A DNA stretch of 20,000 nt from an uncultured virus (IMG/VR IMGVR_UViG_3300017814_000143) (Duplodnaviria > Heunggongvirae > Uroviricota > Caudoviricetes), in the IMG/VR virus record IMGVR_UViG_3300017814_000143. One strand, 5' to 3'. Positions within the stretch are counted from its first letter, which is position 1, and the number at the start of each line of letters is the position of its first letter. Below, piece after piece: positions 8,267-16,718 of this stretch. The notes below the pieces were generated by a model that saw nothing but the letters and a program-made list of their open reading frames with translations, did not search any database and was not told the origin of the DNA. The translations under genes and the position numbers were made by a program.

Positions 8267-8670
8267 CGGACCTCACGCCATGCGTCGAGGAATGGCTCGG
8301 GGGGATCCTCTCCCCCATCCCCGTGGCGCTCGGGGAGTTCAGCGCCATCATCGAGGTCTCAGCCCAGATCCAGCCGGCGCCAACCCAGGCCGTCGTGAGG
8401 AGCTACCTCAGCGGCGGCGGGGTCTACCAGTACGGCTACGAGCTCTACCTGCGCTGCAGGCCGAGCGATGAGCGCGGGCGCGTGGACGCGATCTCGGAGC
8501 TCGCGATCGTGGCCGACGCCATCGACCGCAGGAGTTACCCGGAGGCACCCGAGGGCGTCATCTGGTACTCGCACGAGGTCACGGCGCGGCCGAACAAGTT
8601 CAGCACCAACGAGGACGGCACCGAGGACTACCAGATGATCGCCGTCCTCACCTACATCGAGAGGAGCTAG
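8263..8670 (+). CDS. Tail terminator protein (135 aa)
   Basis: ATGA overlap at 8263, SD GGGAGG; position before the major tail protein; YLSGG...Y and C-terminal YQMIAVLTY. Confidence 0.7.
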   Translation: MTDLTPCVEEWLGGILSPIPVALGEFSAIIEVSAQIQPAPTQAVVRSYLSGGGVYQYGYELYLRCRPSDERGRVDAISELAIVADAIDRRSYPEAPEGVIWYSHEVTARPNKFSTNEDGTEDYQMIAVLTYIERS

Positions 8671-8672
8671 AC

Positions 8673-9179
8673 ATGGCAGACGCAGTGCGCGCGCTCGTCG
8701 GCGCGTGGGAGATCCAGCACTACCTGAGCTTCGCCGGCACGGACGGGACGTACGGAGACCCTCTCCGCGCCACGGAGACGACCAAGGCCGACGTCAAGAG
8801 GGACGACGACGAGTACAAGCCCAAGTACCTCGACCGAAGGACGATGCCCAAGTACGTCATGGGCTCGACCACGACGATCGGGCTCGAGCTCGACGCGCTC
8901 TTGCCGGGCGACATCCAGTCGAAGCTCGCGGAGCACGAGGATGACGTGAACGTCCCCGTCCAGTACATGAGGACGCTCAACTACGACCTCACGACCGGCG
9001 CGAGGTGCGCCGCCACGGCGCTCGTGGCCAAGCGCGCGACCGCCACGCTCACGTCCGACCCGATCACCGGCGACTCCGGCGAGCCCATCAAGCTCTCTGG
9101 CACCGTCACCATCACCGGGGACTGGGAGTACGGCACCTATGACACCACGACCAAGAAGTTCACGCCGAAGGCCGCGTAG
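8673..9179 (+). CDS. Major tail (tube) protein (168 aa)
   Basis: Position, SD GAGGAG, high-expression codon bias, C-terminal GTYDTTTKKFTP typical of siphophage tube proteins. Confidence 0.8.
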   Translation: MADAVRALVGAWEIQHYLSFAGTDGTYGDPLRATETTKADVKRDDDEYKPKYLDRRTMPKYVMGSTTTIGLELDALLPGDIQSKLAEHEDDVNVPVQYMRTLNYDLTTGARCAATALVAKRATATLTSDPITGDSGEPIKLSGTVTITGDWEYGTYDTTTKKFTPKAA

Positions 9180-9204
9180 CGCGGCGGACACGCATCGCCA
9201 GGCA

Positions 9205-9230
9205 GGGGGCCGTCCTTCGGGGCGGCCCCT
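9205..9230 (+). terminator. GC-rich hairpin with cUUCGg tetraloop after the major tail gene (terminator or 3' stabiliser; no U-tract)
   Basis: GGGGGCCGTCC-TTCG-GGGCGGCCCCT. Confidence 0.6.
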
Positions 9231-9231
9231 C

Positions 9232-9252
9232 GCGTTATCCGTGGCCGACCAT
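9232..9252 (+). promoter_or_regulatory. Putative phage late promoter, copy 4 (tail chaperones)
   Basis: GCGTTATC-CGTGGCC-GACCAT directly after the hairpin. Confidence 0.65.
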
Positions 9253-9287
9253 GTGCCCCATCACAGGACATGGAATCGGAGGCTGGC

Positions 9288-9689
9288 ATGGCAGATACGA
9301 CAGATACCAAGGCGCTCGCGCTCGAACTGACGGAGAGCCCGACGCTCGCCGTCACGGTGGGGGACAGGGTCCTGCACCTGGAACTCGGCAACTTCACCTA
9401 CGTCATCGAGATTCGCAGGTGGATGGATGACGTCCGGGCCGAGGGGGGCGGCATCGAGGGTGACATGTCCAAGCTGCAGCGCGTGGCCGAGGACGGGCTC
9501 GCGATCGTGGCCGCGGCGTTCGTCGAGCCTGACGCGGCGGACGTGCTGCTCGGCGGTCGCAACCGCCTGAACCTCTCCCGCATCATCACCGTGCTCGGCT
9601 TCATCGCACGCCAGACCACGTCCGACGAGTCGATGGCCGTCGTGCAGGGGGCCATGGACGCCTTCGCGGCTACGGGCGACGAGGACTAG
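9288..9689 (+). CDS. Tail assembly chaperone (133 aa)
   Basis: SD GGAGG 9278-9282 before ATG 9288; position between tail tube and TMP. Confidence 0.7.
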   Translation: MADTTDTKALALELTESPTLAVTVGDRVLHLELGNFTYVIEIRRWMDDVRAEGGGIEGDMSKLQRVAEDGLAIVAAAFVEPDAADVLLGGRNRLNLSRIITVLGFIARQTTSDESMAVVQGAMDAFAATGDED

Positions 9690-9692
9690 CGC

Positions 9693-10280
9693 ATGGACTG
9701 GCTCACGCGGGAGCCCCCGTCGGAGGTGGACGTTTGCGGCGAGGCCGTACCCATCCGCACGGGGTGGCGCCGAGCGGTGAGGTCCTACGTCCTCATGGGA
9801 ACGCGCTCGCGCATCCCCATTGGGGACTGCGACAAGCTGCTCTCGTCGTGGTTCTCGCGCGACGGGGTTGTGCCCCGTACCGTGCTGGGGCACCAACGCG
9901 AGGCACTCGACGCGGCACTCTCGTGGCGCGACGACGCGCTCGTCGAGGCGATGCCCTACGGGGACGGGATGTCGCGCAGAGCGACCGTCCGCGTCTTCGA
10001 CTGGGAGGCGGACTCCGGCATCGTCGTGGCCGACTTCCTGCGACTCTACGGCATCGACCTCACGGACCGCGCCACCCAGATGCACTGGTGGCGCTTCGCG
10101 CTTCTGTGGCGCGGTGCCGCGGCGAGCGAGTCGCTCGTGGCGTCGGCCATCTCGGCGCGCTCTCCCCTCGACGGGGACGTCGACAAGTGGTCGCGGAGGG
10201 CGCACGAGAGGCTCGCGGGGGCGTGGGCGTTACCGCCGACGCAGGCTGAGCTCGTCCAACGGGCGAGGGAGGCGTGGTAG
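9693..10280 (+). CDS. A118 Gp15-like tail assembly chaperone (195 aa)
   Basis: Motif FDWEADSGIVVADFLRLYGIDL...MHWWRFALL characteristic of Phage_Gp15. Confidence 0.85.
   Translation: MDWLTREPPSEVDVCGEAVPIRTGWRRAVRSYVLMGTRSRIPIGDCDKLLSSWFSRDGVVPRTVLGHQREALDAALSWRDDALVEAMPYGDGMSRRATVRVFDWEADSGIVVADFLRLYGIDLTDRATQMHWWRFALLWRGAAASESLVASAISARSPLDGDVDKWSRRAHERLAGAWALPPTQAELVQRAREAW
10227..10247 (+). promoter_or_regulatory. Putative phage late promoter, copy 5 (inside gp15-like 3' end, upstream of TMP)
   Basis: GCGTTACC-GCCGACG-CAGGCT; coincides with a rare TTA Leu codon in the overlapping gene. Confidence 0.6.
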
Positions 10281-10284
10281 GCGG

Positions 10285-12258
10285 ATGCCCAACATAGACA
10301 CAGTCAACTTCGAGATAACCGCAGACGACTCCGACTTCAAGGAGAAGCTGGGCAATCTCGGCAACGAGGCGGAGAAGGCCACGGAGAGGGCCAGCAAGGG
10401 ACTGTCGGGGATCGGGACGAAGCTCGGCGAGACCGAGGGACCCGTGACCAGACTGTTCTCCGGCATCACGGCGAAGGCCGCCGCCATGGCAGGAGTGGTG
10501 GGCGGGTTCGTCAGCACCCTCGCCACCAAGGCCATCGACGCCCTGGGGAACATCGCCTCGGAGGCCGTCACCGCATCGGACTCCACCGACAAGTTCAGGC
10601 AGACCCTGGACTTCGCGGGCGTCGACACCTCGACCATCGACGACCTCACGCAGAAGACCCAGGACTACGCGGACAAGACCGTCTACGGCCTCAGCGACAT
10701 CCGGAACATCACGGCACAGCTGGCGTCGAACGACGTGCAGGGGCCCGAGCAGCTCGCCGAGGCCCTGGGCAACGTCAACGCGGCCGCCGGTGGCACGGCG
10801 GACACGTACTCCCTCCTCGGCCTCGTGCTCACGCAGACGAACTCGGCCACCAAGCTCACCGGCGACAACTGGCGCCAGTTCTCCCAGGACGTCCCGGGCG
10901 CGGCAGGCCAGGTCAAGCAGGCACTCTCCGACATGGGCGCGTACACGGGCGACTTCGCCACCGCGATGGAGAACGGCGAGATCAGCTCGGACGAGTTCAA
11001 CCAGGCCATCATGAACCTCGGCATGACCGACGCGGCACAGCAGGCGGCGACCTCGACGCAGACCTTCGAGGGCTCCATGGGCCAGCTCCAGGCGTCGGTC
11101 GTGGGGGTTATGACGGACGGCCTCGACCTCATCAAGCCCGGGATGACGGGCTTCATCAACTCGCTGTCGAGCGGCATCGACTGGATCAGGGGCGTGCTCT
11201 CGGGCGCGTCCGGCGCCGCATCGCCGTTCGTCAGCGCGCTCTCGTCGATAGATCAGGCGTTCATGTCGGGGCTGCAGCCGGCGCTCACGTCGGTGCAGCC
11301 CCTCCTCTCTCAGCTCATGCAGCAGCTCCAGACGTTCGCAGCCGTCGTGGGCCCTCCGCTGCAGCAGGTCTTCACGGCATTGCAGCCCATGGTGGCGGCG
11401 CTCGCAAACGTCATCGGCGCGGTGCTCGGCGGGGCGATAAACGTCGCCGTCGTGTGGGTTACCGAGCTGATGGAGGGGCTGAACGTCGTGGCCTCCGTCG
11501 TGATGCCGCTCGTGTCCGCGGCCGTACAGGTGCTCGCCCCGATCTTCACTGCGGTCTTCTCGGCCATCGCGTCGATCGTGACGGCGTGCACCGAGACGGT
11601 CTCTGCCGTGTGGACGGGGGTGCTGTCGTTCCTCTCCGGGGTCCCCGGTTCCATCGAGGGCTTCTTCTCGGGCGTCGGTGACGCCATCGTGGCCTTCTTC
11701 CAGCCGCTCGTGAGCGGGGTCACGGGGATAGGCGACTCCGTTGCGAGCTACATGAGTGGGGTCCCAGGGCGCATCACGTCCGCGTTCAGCGGGATCGGTG
11801 ACACCATCGTCGACTTCTTCGCGTCCATCCCGGGAAAAATCGCCGACATGTTCGCGAACATCCACGTGCCGAGCCTGCACGTCGATGGATCGTTCAACCT
11901 CGACCCGCTCAACTTCTCCCTTCCGACCATCAGCTTCTACGCCAACGGCGCCTACGTCGACTCCCCAACCATGGGCGTCTTCGGCGAGGCCGGCGGGGAG
12001 TACCTCGTCCCGCGCGACCCCACGTACATCGGCCAGCTCGCAGGCGACATCATAGGCATGCTCGGTGGGATGGCGGCGTCCGGCAACGCCGGTGGCCCAT
12101 CGTCACAGAGCGCGGACAAGTCCGTCGTGAACGCGATAGGACGGCTCGAGGCGAGGGTCGACGCCATGGCCGGCAGGATCGTCGACGCGGTGTCGGCGGA
12201 CACGACCATGACGCTCGACCGTCGCGAGGTCGGACGCATCGTGAGGGGGCTGGCATAG
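10285..12258 (+). CDS. Tape measure protein (657 aa)
   Basis: SD GGGAGG; tape-measure domain (YADKTVYGLSDI...MENGEISSDEFNQAI), amphipathic F/W-spaced repeats, C-terminal FYANGA...GEAGGEYLVP. Confidence 0.92.
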   Translation: MPNIDTVNFEITADDSDFKEKLGNLGNEAEKATERASKGLSGIGTKLGETEGPVTRLFSGITAKAAAMAGVVGGFVSTLATKAIDALGNIASEAVTASDSTDKFRQTLDFAGVDTSTIDDLTQKTQDYADKTVYGLSDIRNITAQLASNDVQGPEQLAEALGNVNAAAGGTADTYSLLGLVLTQTNSATKLTGDNWRQFSQDVPGAAGQVKQALSDMGAYTGDFATAMENGEISSDEFNQAIMNLGMTDAAQQAATSTQTFEGSMGQLQASVVGVMTDGLDLIKPGMTGFINSLSSGIDWIRGVLSGASGAASPFVSALSSIDQAFMSGLQPALTSVQPLLSQLMQQLQTFAAVVGPPLQQVFTALQPMVAALANVIGAVLGGAINVAVVWVTELMEGLNVVASVVMPLVSAAVQVLAPIFTAVFSAIASIVTACTETVSAVWTGVLSFLSGVPGSIEGFFSGVGDAIVAFFQPLVSGVTGIGDSVASYMSGVPGRITSAFSGIGDTIVDFFASIPGKIADMFANIHVPSLHVDGSFNLDPLNFSLPTISFYANGAYVDSPTMGVFGEAGGEYLVPRDPTYIGQLAGDIIGMLGGMAASGNAGGPSSQSADKSVVNAIGRLEARVDAMAGRIVDAVSADTTMTLDRREVGRIVRGLA

Positions 12259-13092
12259 GTGGACATGACCCTGACCTACACGAACCACCTGGGAGACACA
12301 GTGACCCTCGGCGCGCCCGGCGGCCACGTCCACTACGGTGAGACCGACCTCTTCGGCCACAAGTGGAGCTACGAGCACGACGGGCAGCGCGTCTGGGGGA
12401 TGAGCCTCGACGCGCGGGAGGTCACGCTCCCGGTGTGCGAGCTCGGCGGATCGCTCGCGGAGCGCGAGGGGGTCTACCGCACGCTCGAGGCGGACGCGGA
12501 GGAGGGCGCGCGCGGCACGCTCTCGTACCACGGCTGGGAGCTCGGCGTCATCCCCATCGCCTCGTCGCTCGACCAGTGGTGGTGGGACGACGGGGTCGAG
12601 GAGAGGAGCGTGACCCTCCTCGTCCCGAGGCCGCTCTGGACGAGGGACGAGACGGTCACCTACCAGATCGCCAGGGCGGACGGGACCACCCAGCCGGGGA
12701 GCGACTACCCACGCGACTACCCCTGGGAGTACGCGCGCCCGTCGCTCGCGCACGTGGCGGTCGTGGACGCGGGGTCGGCCGAGTGGAGGTGGGTCGTCTA
12801 CGGCCCCGCGGTGGACCCGTGGGTCGTCATCGAGGGCAACCGCCACGAGGTGGACGTGACCGTCCCCTCGGGGTCGCGCCTCGAGCTCGACACGCGCGAC
12901 CGCACCATACGCATGGTGTCGGTCGACGGGGACGTCTCCAACTGCTTCCCTTCGCGCCTGCGCGGGGCCGAGGGGTCCGGCACGTACGCCTTCGCACGGC
13001 TCCCCGGCGGGCGCGTCGAGCTGCTCACCGACAACGCCTTCGCGTTCGACGTCACGGTGCACTACGAGAGGTCCGAGCCGGCATGGGCATGA
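12259..13092 (+). CDS. Distal tail protein (Dit)
   Basis: Follows TMP; LTYTNHLG, PRPLW, DYPRDYPWEY, YGPAVDP and YERSEPAW motifs. Alternative start ATG 12265. Confidence 0.85.
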   Translation: MDMTLTYTNHLGDTVTLGAPGGHVHYGETDLFGHKWSYEHDGQRVWGMSLDAREVTLPVCELGGSLAEREGVYRTLEADAEEGARGTLSYHGWELGVIPIASSLDQWWWDDGVEERSVTLLVPRPLWTRDETVTYQIARADGTTQPGSDYPRDYPWEYARPSLAHVAVVDAGSAEWRWVVYGPAVDPWVVIEGNRHEVDVTVPSGSRLELDTRDRTIRMVSVDGDVSNCFPSRLRGAEGSGTYAFARLPGGRVELLTDNAFAFDVTVHYERSEPAWA

Positions 13093-14933
13093 CCCGACAC
13101 CTCGACGTGGTGGCGACCGACGCCTCCCGCACGGACGTCGGCACGCTCCCCGGGGCCACCCTCGACCTCACCGTGGGCGACGACGGCCAGGACAACGACT
13201 TCGAGCTGACGACCCCGCTCTCCGGCTACGTCCCCCCGGCCGGGGCCCTCGTCTACGTCGACGGGACCGGGTGGGGAGGCATCGTCGACGAGCGCGAGGT
13301 CTCGACCGACTCGACGGTGGTCACCCTCTCGGGGCGCACGTGGTCGGGCGTCCTCCAGAGCCGCGTGCTGCGCCCGGACGCCGGCCAGGACTACCTGACC
13401 TACGACGGTGACGCGAATGCCATGCTCGCCGCGCTCGTGGACCGGTGCGGCCTCGGATGGCTCCTCTCGGTCCCGAAGGCCGCCTCCGGCGTCACGGTCT
13501 CCGGACGGTTCGACCGCTACTGCGACATGTGGTCGGGCATCCGCAAGGCGCTCCGCGCCTCGGGGGCGAGGCCCGACCTCTCGTGGTCGGGCACGGGGTG
13601 CGTCCTCTCCGCCGTCGCCTCGACCTCGGTCGAGCCACCCGAGGGGGAGGTGGCCATGACGGCGAGCTCCGACTCGAGACCCATCAACCACCTCGTCTGC
13701 CTCGGGCAGGGCGAGCTCTCCGCCCGCGTGGTCGTCGACCTCTACGCTGATGCCGACGGCAACGTCTCCGACACCCAGACCCTCTTCGGGGCCGACCTGC
13801 GCGAGGCAGCCTACGACTACAGCGGGGCGACCACAGACGAGCTCGCGACCGAGGGCAGGAAGAGGCTCCTGGAGCTGCAGGAGGGCTCCTCGGTCACGCT
13901 CGACATATCGGAGGTGACGGCGGCCCTGCAGGTCGGCGACCTCATCGCCGCCACGGACCCGAGGACCGGCATAGGGGCGACCTGCGAGGTCGCGCGCGTC
14001 ATCGTCAAGGTGAGGAACGCGCTGGCGACCGTCTCGTACGAGGCCGGGGCCACCACGACCACGACGAGCCTCTCCGGGTCGGCCGAGACGTCCTCCGGGG
14101 GCGTGGCCTACACCGCCGGGGACGGCATCTCCATCAGCTCGGGCACCATCTCGGCAGAGGTCACGCAGGCCAAGCTCGACGCCGTCACAAGGACCGCGGC
14201 GGACGCAGCCACGCAGGCAAGCAGCGCCGCCTCGACGGCCTCGGCCGCGCAGACGATGGCAGGCGCGGCCGTTCAGACGATCACGGCCACGTCACCCATG
14301 GCTGCCTCGCGCACCGGCAACGCCGTGAGCCTGACGCACGCGACGAGCGGCGTGGCGGCGGGCGCATACGGGCCCGCGGCGAACGCGACCCCGACGTGGG
14401 GCGGCACCGCCACCGTCGGGGCGCAGCTCTCGATAGACGCGCGCGGGCACGTGACTGGCGCCTCGGGACGCAGCGTCACGATCCCCGGCTCCGTGGCCAC
14501 GCAGACGGCCAAGGGGCTCATGTCGTCGACGGACAAGACCAAGCTCGACGGCATCACGGCCGGGGCGCAGCCGCAGGCCGTGACGTCCGTGCAGGGTCGC
14601 ACGGGGGCGGTCACGCTTGCCAAGTCAGACATCGGCCTCGGGAGCGTCGACGACACCGCGGACGCCGACAAGCACGTGGCCACGGCGGCCTCCCTCGGCA
14701 CGGCGCGCACGATCAGGCTCTCGGGCGCGGTCAGCGGCGAGGCCGCATTCGACGGGACCACGGACGTGACGATCACGTGCACGGGCGACACCGAGGCCGC
14801 GGGCTTCCTCGCGGCGCACCCCGTCGGCAGCTACCACCTCACGAGCGAGCCCGGGAACCCCGGCGTTACCTATGGCGGAACCTGGGAGTCGGCCCCGAGC
14901 GAGGGCCCGTACGCATGGCACAGGACGGCCTAG
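13089..14933 (+). CDS. Baseplate hub (ReqiPepy6 Gp37-like) with fibre-like extension (614 aa)
   Basis: ATGA overlap at 13089; NDFEL, GWGGIV, GRTWSGVL and NHLVCLGQGEL motifs; A/T/S-rich fibre repeats (GLMSSTDKTKLDGI, VTSVQGRTGAVTL); C-terminal HPVGSY...GGTW...WHRTA. Confidence 0.8.
   Translation: MTRHLDVVATDASRTDVGTLPGATLDLTVGDDGQDNDFELTTPLSGYVPPAGALVYVDGTGWGGIVDEREVSTDSTVVTLSGRTWSGVLQSRVLRPDAGQDYLTYDGDANAMLAALVDRCGLGWLLSVPKAASGVTVSGRFDRYCDMWSGIRKALRASGARPDLSWSGTGCVLSAVASTSVEPPEGEVAMTASSDSRPINHLVCLGQGELSARVVVDLYADADGNVSDTQTLFGADLREAAYDYSGATTDELATEGRKRLLELQEGSSVTLDISEVTAALQVGDLIAATDPRTGIGATCEVARVIVKVRNALATVSYEAGATTTTTSLSGSAETSSGGVAYTAGDGISISSGTISAEVTQAKLDAVTRTAADAATQASSAASTASAAQTMAGAAVQTITATSPMAASRTGNAVSLTHATSGVAAGAYGPAANATPTWGGTATVGAQLSIDARGHVTGASGRSVTIPGSVATQTAKGLMSSTDKTKLDGITAGAQPQAVTSVQGRTGAVTLAKSDIGLGSVDDTADADKHVATAASLGTARTIRLSGAVSGEAAFDGTTDVTITCTGDTEAAGFLAAHPVGSYHLTSEPGNPGVTYGGTWESAPSEGPYAWHRTA
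14863..14883 (+). promoter_or_regulatory. Putative phage late promoter, copy 6 (upstream of Zn-finger and RBP genes)
   Basis: GCGTTACC-TATGGCG-GAACCT; overlapping codons GTT and TAT are atypical for this gene. Confidence 0.6.
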
Positions 14934-14943
14934 GAGGCATTGG

Positions 14944-15186
14944 ATGGCAAAGACTGAGGGTTACTCGCAGTTCGTATGCGACCGCTGCGGGAAGACGCTG
15001 TACGCCACGAAGGACGCGCCCGAGGCGCAGAGCTGGAGGGCCGTCAGCCGCGTCACGGCGGACGGCGTCAGCATCTCGAGGCTCCTCTGCCCTGACTGCT
15101 CGGGCAGGTATCGTGAGCTCGCCCAGGCGCAGGACGTCGCCTTCGGCGACCTCATGGCCAACGGGACCACAACCACTGTCGCCTAG
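14944..15186 (+). CDS. Small CxxC...CxxC (zinc-ribbon-like) tail-region protein (80 aa)
   Basis: SD AGGAGG before ATG 14944; CDRC and CPDC. Confidence 0.75.
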   Translation: MAKTEGYSQFVCDRCGKTLYATKDAPEAQSWRAVSRVTADGVSISRLLCPDCSGRYRELAQAQDVAFGDLMANGTTTTVA

Positions 15187-15194
15187 GGGGAGTC

Positions 15195-16037
15195 ATGGCA
15201 ATCTCACTCGTCACCGGGTTCGCAGGACAAGCCCACGTCACGCCGGCACAGGACGGCGCGGGATACGCGGGCATCGTCGGCACCGGGTGCTACGTCACGA
15301 AGACCGGCAGGATGCTCGCGGCATCCATGTCGACGGCCAACAAGTGCGTCGTCTGCGACGGCGACGCCTGGATGTACGGCCGCCACGTGCGCATCGAGGC
15401 CGGGACCACGGAGGAGCTGACGGTGCAGTCGGGGTCCCAGGGCACGAAGCGCAACGACCTGGTGGTCGTGCGCTATGCCAAGGACGCGAGCACGGGCGTC
15501 GAGACGGCCTCGCTCGTGGTCGTGAAGGGCACGGCGGGGACGACCGCGACCGACCCGACCTACAGCGACGGCTCCATCCTGGACGGGACGTCGCCGGTCG
15601 ACATGCCCCTGTACCGCATCCCGATCGACGGCATCACGGCAGGGACGCCCGTCCCCCTCTTCTCGGTGCTGGCCCCGATGTCGGAGCTCCAGGATTCCAT
15701 ATCCCAGACGGGCAAGTGGCACGCCACGAGGGGCGGCGGCATCGCGGTCGTGCCCACGCGCGACTGCATCCTCGACGTCGAGCTGTCGCTGAGCAACGTG
15801 TGGGGATACACGGGAGGTGCCTTCTCGCTCGCCATCAACCTGCCGTCCGGGCTTGCCGTCCTCGCGAACACGAACGCGTACGGCTCCGGGGGCGACACCG
15901 TCGGAAGGCAGGTCACATCCAGGCTCGTCGCGTCGGGGGCCAAGGCCGGGCAGTCGTACTCCTTCTCCTACACGCTGGCCAACGGGGGAGGCTTCTCGGA
16001 CCCGATGTGGATCGCGAGGGAGCTTCCCTCGTCGTAG
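15195..16037 (+). CDS. Tail fibre/receptor-binding protein: constant N-terminus (to DSISQT) plus currently expressed variable cassette A
   Basis: N-terminal baseplate-anchor motifs (KRNDLVVVRY, LVVVKGT, MPLYRI); crossover site 1 at 15687-15709 encodes QDSISQT; 114-aa beta-rich C-terminus. Confidence 0.85.
   Translation: MAISLVTGFAGQAHVTPAQDGAGYAGIVGTGCYVTKTGRMLAASMSTANKCVVCDGDAWMYGRHVRIEAGTTEELTVQSGSQGTKRNDLVVVRYAKDASTGVETASLVVVKGTAGTTATDPTYSDGSILDGTSPVDMPLYRIPIDGITAGTPVPLFSVLAPMSELQDSISQTGKWHATRGGGIAVVPTRDCILDVELSLSNVWGYTGGAFSLAINLPSGLAVLANTNAYGSGGDTVGRQVTSRLVASGAKAGQSYSFSYTLANGGGFSDPMWIARELPSS
15687..15709 (+). repeat. Shufflon crossover site 1 (expression site)
   Basis: CTCCAGGA-TTCCATA-TCCCAGAC; 15692-15709 is a perfect 18-bp inverted repeat of 16695-16712. 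Confidence 0.9.
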
Positions 16038-16370
16038 CATTCCATATCCCGGACGCTCCTGTGGTCCGGCTCCTCGGGGAAGCTCGGCTCACTCCCGCTG
16101 TCGGCAGACCCCTCACGGTTCTCCGCCCTGGAGCTGAGGTACGTGGACGACGACGGGCTGAACCGGATGGCAGAGGTGCCGCCGTCCGGCGCCTGTGGCT
16201 TCGGCTTCACGACCACCCGGCTGGACACCGGGGTCACCTACGTCAAGTTCGTCCAGGGCTCCGTCGACGGCAGGATGCTCAATCTGGTCGGGCAGCGCGT
16301 ATGCCAGATCGGGGGGAGCGTGCAGGACATCCAGGTCGCACGGATACAGGCGGTGTACGGTGCGCTCTAG
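16038..16370 (+). other. Silent variable RBP C-terminal cassette B (110 aa, no own start)
   Basis: Frame opens at site 2: HSISRTLLWSGSSGKLGSLPLSADPSRFSALELRYVDDDG...IQAVYGAL*; LLWSG...L..D.S.F..LE...I..VYG pattern resembles phage fibre tips. Confidence 0.8.
16039..16055 (+). repeat. Shufflon crossover site 2 (internal; left arm degenerate)
   Basis: ATTCCATATCCCGGACG, 16/17 identical to 15694-15710, same orientation and same reading frame. Confidence 0.88.
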
Positions 16371-16711
16371 CTCGCCACGGCGAAGGCGCACTGCCCGACG
16401 ATCCAACGCCACTCATCCGGCTGAGCGCGCTGGATGATCCATGAGACCGTCACCGAGCCATCGTCCGTGACGGTCAGAGCTGCCGCCCCATCACCTGTCG
16501 ACGCGCCCTTGGCGGTGGCCACGAGGATTGCCGAACTCGACCATGGCCTGCACCCCGCCGGTAAGGTACAGATGACATCGCCGAGGGCTATGTAGAACGA
16601 TTTGAGGGCCGCAAGCTCAAGGACGCAGAGACTGCCGGCACGCGTGACCCTGGCAGTGCCGGCCCACCCACTGACTATCGGAACGTCGACGGCAGTCTGG
16701 GATATGGAATC
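16367..16711 (-). other. Silent variable RBP C-terminal cassette C (114 aa, inverted)
   Basis: Frame from site 3: DSISQTAVDVPIVSGW...ICTLPAGCRP...AFAVAS*; LPxGxRP motif typical of RBP head domains; stop shares CTAG 16367-16370 with cassette B. Confidence 0.85.
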
Positions 16712-16717
16712 CCGGAC
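16695..16717 (-). repeat. Shufflon crossover site 3 (recombinase-proximal, inverted)
   Basis: On the - strand GTCCGGGA-TTCCATA-TCCCAGAC: 8-bp arms (7/8 palindromic) around a 7-bp asymmetric core; 1 bp from the recombinase stop codon. Confidence 0.9.
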
Positions 16718-16718
16718 A

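Noticed and set aside
9288..10280. Programmed -1 frameshift between tail chaperones
   Set aside because: Both ORFs are in the same frame, separated by TAG plus 3 nt, with an own ATG and SD-like GAGGA; no slippery heptamer noticed.
16143..16370. Stand-alone 75-aa gene, and likewise 16367-16741 (-) as a stand-alone gene
   Set aside because: Frames extend to, or pass through, the crossover sites and lack convincing starts; better explained as silent cassettes B and C.
15195..16717. Diversity-generating retroelement acting on the tail fibre
   Set aside because: No reverse transcriptase and no TR/VR pair differing at adenines; repeats are only 17-23 bp.
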